Assembly (NCBI GenBank): GCA_963745235.1
Contig: CAVUXE010000029.1
Location: 137,507 to 201,506, forward strand
Length of the DNA: 64,000 nt
Direction of reading: 5' to 3'
Source: an uncultured Spirochaetota bacterium
GTDB taxonomy: Bacteria; Spirochaetota; Spirochaetia; SZUA-6; Fen-1364
The position numbers were made by a program, and so were the translations under genes. Shown here in pieces: positions 60,813-64,000 of this stretch. The notes below the pieces were generated by a model, which worked only from the letters and a program-made list of their open reading frames with translations, was not told the origin of the DNA and did not search any database. Within the stretch, counting starts at the first letter, position 1, and the number at the start of each line of letters is the position of its first letter.

Positions 60813-61214
60813 ATGAGCGGAAAGTGTAATGCTCTCCTGATGGCGGACCGCGTCATCAGAGAGGACAACGGCAAACGCGGGATCATCGGATCCTTCAACA
60901 CGTTCAATTTTCCGACCTTCCCTTTCACTGCGCCGCCGTTCCTCGTCTACGCAAACCTCGAAGACTTTGCTGGTGATCACGAGTTTTCTGTTACCATAGC
61001 TCGCGAGGGTGCTGAGCTTGTCGTGTTTTCAGCGGGTGGAGAGATACACTTTGAGGACGAAAATCGAGAGGCTGAGATCGTCGTTCCTGCTTTTGGAGTT
61101 ACCTTTCCCAAAGAGGGCAGCTATAATCTGATTCTCAGGGTGGGGAACGGCCAGTACGGTTCAAGAAGGATTATTGTGAACAGATTGTCCGTCCCGCAGA
61201 TCGGAGGTACATGA
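60813..61214 (+). CDS. DUF6941-like beta-sandwich protein
   Basis: LLMADRVIREDNGK..IIG.F..F.FP.FP...FPKEGSY pattern; start 60804 or 60813. Confidence 0.65.
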   Translation: MSGKCNALLMADRVIREDNGKRGIIGSFNTFNFPTFPFTAPPFLVYANLEDFAGDHEFSVTIAREGAELVVFSAGGEIHFEDENREAEIVVPAFGVTFPKEGSYNLILRVGNGQYGSRRIIVNRLSVPQIGGT

Positions 61215-61414
61215 TGTCAGACTCGGCACTCGTGATGGGCACCATCTACAATCCCCACGATTCGTCGGCGGAGTCTGCATTTGCGGCAAACAACGCTCAG
61301 GAGATCGTGATCGAGCCGCCCACTTTGGGCAAAGAGATAATGCTGGCATCAGAGAAGTCCCTCGCATCGGTTTGGATGACCACCGACGAAGAGGAGGCTT
61401 GGAAGGATCTATGA
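61211..61414 (+). CDS. Putative antitoxin (DUF2281-like C-terminal motif)
   Basis: LASEKSLASVW...EEEAWKDL tail typical of MazF-associated antitoxins; GGAGG RBS; ATGA overlaps on both sides. Confidence 0.7.
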   Translation: MMSDSALVMGTIYNPHDSSAESAFAANNAQEIVIEPPTLGKEIMLASEKSLASVWMTTDEEEAWKDL

Positions 61415-61728
61415 ACAAGGGAGAGGTCGTCGTCGTCCCCTTTCCCTTCTCTGATCTGTCGTCTGCAAGGAATCGCCCGGCCTTGGTGCTGATCGATCTC
61501 CCCGGGTCAGACGCAGTTCTGGCCGCCATCACTTCCACGCGTAGCGAGCCGCACGCGATTGTCCTCGAGGAGAAAGACTTCCAGCACGGGGCGCTATCGC
61601 ATGCGTCTTACATTCATCCCGCCAAGTTATTCACTTTCCAAAAGAGCCTCATCCGCAAAGTTGTTGGCAGGGTCACTGAAGCAAAGCGGAAGGAAGTTGT
61701 CGCGAAGATTGTCTCCCTTCTGGCATAA
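61411..61728 (+). CDS. mazF: PemK/MazF family toxin
   Basis: KGEVVVVPFPFSD, RPALVL, AITS, VG.V. Confidence 0.9.
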   Translation: MNKGEVVVVPFPFSDLSSARNRPALVLIDLPGSDAVLAAITSTRSEPHAIVLEEKDFQHGALSHASYIHPAKLFTFQKSLIRKVVGRVTEAKRKEVVAKIVSLLA

Positions 61729-61765
61729 AGGCTCGGTAAGACAAGCGGACAGTCATCATGTTGGA

Positions 61766-61797
61766 GCCCCCGGGATGATACCCGGGGGTATTCTTTC
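61766..61797 (+). terminator. Terminator after the TA operon
   Basis: gcccccggg-atgata-cccgggggt followed by attctttc. Confidence 0.6.
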
Positions 61798-61862
61798 CTG
61801 CTGCACAAGGGAGGACGTGGGATACTGCAACTCGTTCATTAAAGCCGAAAGTGTGACAGCTC

Positions 61863-62200
61863 ATGAAAAGAGTCATCGCGACCACTATGGGCTATTTTTT
61901 GCGCCAGCATTGCACGTGCGCAGCAATGGCACGTTGTGGAAAACAAAGTTCCTTTCAAGGACACTTCTGGAGTCATGTTCGGAACGCAGGCAACGAACGG
62001 AAAGGGAGTCCACGGAGATCCAGTCGAGCCTGTAATCCGATTGTCCGGAAGCAGTTCTGACCTTCTGATAATCTGGCATTCCTTCATTACCACGGACAAA
62101 ACGGCCACCATGCTGCTAAGAGTCGACAAGGATGAGCCCGCCGAGGAGTCTTGAAGTCTTTCGACTGACCAGAAGGCTACCGTGTCTTTCAACGAGAAGG
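61863..62200 (+). pseudogene. Degraded gene for a small secreted protein
   Basis: MKRVIATT..AIFCASIARAQQWHV signal peptide broken by a frameshift; in-frame TGA at 62152-62154 followed by SLSTDQKAT; 3' end approximate. Confidence 0.45.
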
Positions 62201-62310
62201 ATCGTTCCGCGTCATGGCAATTCAGCCAGGGTTCCGCATCATCGCAAGACAACGAAGCGAGCAGCGCCCCGCGAGGCCGAGGCGCGCTCTGGAGCGTTTG
62301 GGATGAGGAA

Positions 62311-63348
62311 CTAGAAGTGAAACGTGTACGAGACTTTCACCGAGGGGTCGAAGGTTGGGTTCACATTTGTAAGTCCGTCGGTGTTCGAGTCGTCGTAGTT
62401 GTGGATCTTGAATACAGCTTCCACATAAAAAGGTCCCGTAGCATAGATGATTCCGGGATAGAGACTGGATCCCAGCGCTTTGGCGGAACCGGAGTGGCCT
62501 CCGTAAAAGGCGGAGCCCGGAGTGCTTCCATTGGGAACGTTCTGGTAAGTGAATAAAGATGCTCTAAAATATGCCTTGAGGCCGGGAACGCCTATGCTTG
62601 TGAAGTCAAACGTCAACTTGGGATATGTATAGAGACGCAGGTTATACCCCGCATCGCTGAACGAAGGGGTTGTGCTCCCCTGGTCGGAAAAATAAACGGC
62701 TTCCAGCACATCGAGCTGCCAGGGTCCGTAGATAAGGCTCACTTGCGGATTTACATCATACAACCACGCTGGAGAGAACCCGATTTCAGCGCTCACGGAG
62801 AATACCAGTGCCGTGGTTTTGTCGAAAGAGAGCTTGTATGCGATATTCTCGTAGTTTGTAAAGAGAAAAGTGTTCATCCCGCTCCCAAAGAAAGTCCCAA
62901 GAGAGATCCCTTTGTAGGCGTAGTCCATGAGGTATTTGATCTCTGCGTAGGCGGGATCATTTGTCGCGTCAGTGCCAATGAAATACAAAGGGAAGCTGAC
63001 ACGCACCGTCAAAGGCCCGTAGAGAAGGTCTACAAAAGGTTCCGCTCGGGCAAAGTTCACAAAGGAAGGGGAAATGGTCCCCATCATGTCTTCTGCACGC
63101 AGGCCAAGCCTCAGTGTCGTGGAATCATTTGGCTTGAGTGAGTAATAGCCGTTGACATAGGGGTCCGGGACCAGATTCAGATTGCTCGTGATTGCCGTGG
63201 CGGCCCCCGGCTTTTGCTGCGCGGAGGAGAAGGCGTTGAGTGCCGCGCCGAGAGCGCCGACTTCCAGCGTGATTCCCTCCGCGAAAGCAGCAAACCCAAC
63301 TGCGGGAACGAGAAGAATCGTCACAACAATAAGACGCAAGAGTTTCAT
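62311..63348 (-). CDS. Hypothetical exported protein, probable outer-membrane beta-barrel
   Basis: Signal peptide MKLLRL...AAFA, Tyr/Phe-rich amphipathic strands, C-terminal VKVSYTFHF; AAGGAG RBS. Confidence 0.7.
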   Translation of the reverse strand: MKLLRLIVVTILLVPAVGFAAFAEGITLEVGALGAALNAFSSAQQKPGAATAITSNLNLVPDPYVNGYYSLKPNDSTTLRLGLRAEDMMGTISPSFVNFARAEPFVDLLYGPLTVRVSFPLYFIGTDATNDPAYAEIKYLMDYAYKGISLGTFFGSGMNTFLFTNYENIAYKLSFDKTTALVFSVSAEIGFSPAWLYDVNPQVSLIYGPWQLDVLEAVYFSDQGSTTPSFSDAGYNLRLYTYPKLTFDFTSIGVPGLKAYFRASLFTYQNVPNGSTPGSAFYGGHSGSAKALGSSLYPGIIYATGPFYVEAVFKIHNYDDSNTDGLTNVNPTFDPSVKVSYTFHF

Positions 63349-63595
63349 GAGGGCTCCTTTTTTCAGAAAGCTTTGCCAAGAGAGTTCTTGTTGCCCGACC
63401 ATAAGCAACTATGAGCCGGAGTCGATCGTTGCTCGGGACCAAATAGCTTCGTCTGCTTGCCGGGCGATCAAACCAGGACTTGTGACGGGCGATCAGGTAC
63501 GTCGAAGAATTTAACTTTGCATGCACGGCATTCAGGACTTCCTCCTTGAAACTTTGGATAAGGAATCCCCTCGAATGCCAGCATGAAGGGAGGCA

Positions 63596-63694
63596 GGTCC
63601 CCTTTCCACGCTGGGAGGCAATCCAGTTTCCCGGATTACCCTACCGCCTTGAGGTCCGTGGCAATTCGCTTTAGAACGACGAGGTCGGGGATTG
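63596..63694 (-). ncRNA. Moco/Wco (molybdenum/tungsten cofactor) riboswitch, P3-less variant
   Basis: Minus strand UCCCCGA...CUAA...CACGG...AGGGUAAUCCGG-GAAA-CUGGAUUGCCUCCC-AGCG-UGGAAAGGGGA; matches the Moco motif 3' half, GNRA-capped P4 and P1 pairing. Confidence 0.8.
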
Positions 63695-63699
63695 GCAAC

Positions 63700-63728
63700 A
63701 TGCTACACTCGCGATTGTTGCCTGTCAA
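63700..63728 (-). promoter_or_regulatory. Sigma70 promoter placing the TSS at the riboswitch 5' end
   Basis: TTGACA-17bp-TAGCAT on the minus strand. Confidence 0.65.
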
Positions 63729-64000
63729 CAATTTTTTCAGCAGTGACCATTGAACCGCAACCGACGCAATGTCCGAGAAACAGCAGGCAAGGACTCTGAC
63801 AAAATAAGGCCGCCCTCGCCATACGGGCGTTTGATGGCGAAAGGTGCGCGCGTGAGCGGGATGTCGCGGCTTCACGCGCAGAAAGTCGGCGGTCCGCGTG
63901 GCCAGCTCGCGGACACGATTCCAGAGTCCGTAGTACCCTTGAGCAGATACTGATTCTCTCTTACGCGCACTCAAAAACTTCCCAGAGGGAGAACATGACG

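Noticed and set aside
63125-63974. ORFs 63125-63526, 63636-63974 and 63750-63953
   Set aside because: No recognisable motifs; they overlap the OMP gene, the riboswitch or its promoter region
1-64000. CRISPR arrays, tRNA/rRNA genes, prophage, retron or DGR elements
   Set aside because: No repeat-spacer periodicity, tRNA cloverleaf, reverse transcriptase or phage genes recognised by eye; not machine-verified

Overview
GC-rich bacterial chromosomal window. Protein families suggest an anaerobic or facultative organism, possibly a free-living spirochaete (inference only). Main content: xylB; a pseudouridine catabolism pair (psuK-like/psuG); gdhA translationally coupled to an uncharacterised PEP-synthase-like (PPDK_N) protein; a complete reductive pyrimidine degradation cluster (mmsA, NCS1, two types of beta-ureidopropionase, preT, preA, hydA, class III aminotransferase); an envelope-stress block (LiaF-like, TolB-like, YciI/ECF/SRPBCC); a K+-independent membrane pyrophosphatase; an 11-subunit complex-I-like group 4 [NiFe]-hydrogenase operon with HycI; motAB; a CBS-PPase; arcC; and a desaturase-like gene. 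From about 59.3 kb an AT-richer accessory segment carries an ISKra4/ISLre2-like IS, a three-gene DUF6941-like/antitoxin/MazF module, and a Moco/Wco-type riboswitch upstream of an unknown outer-membrane beta-barrel-like gene. Many genes carry single-base frameshifts, most likely long-read errors. Best leads: the Wco-like riboswitch plus OMP, the tripartite TA module, the structured leaders of preT and hppA, the GDH-coupled dikinase-like protein, and the complex-I-like hydrogenase. All family calls come from motif recognition by eye, not database searches.
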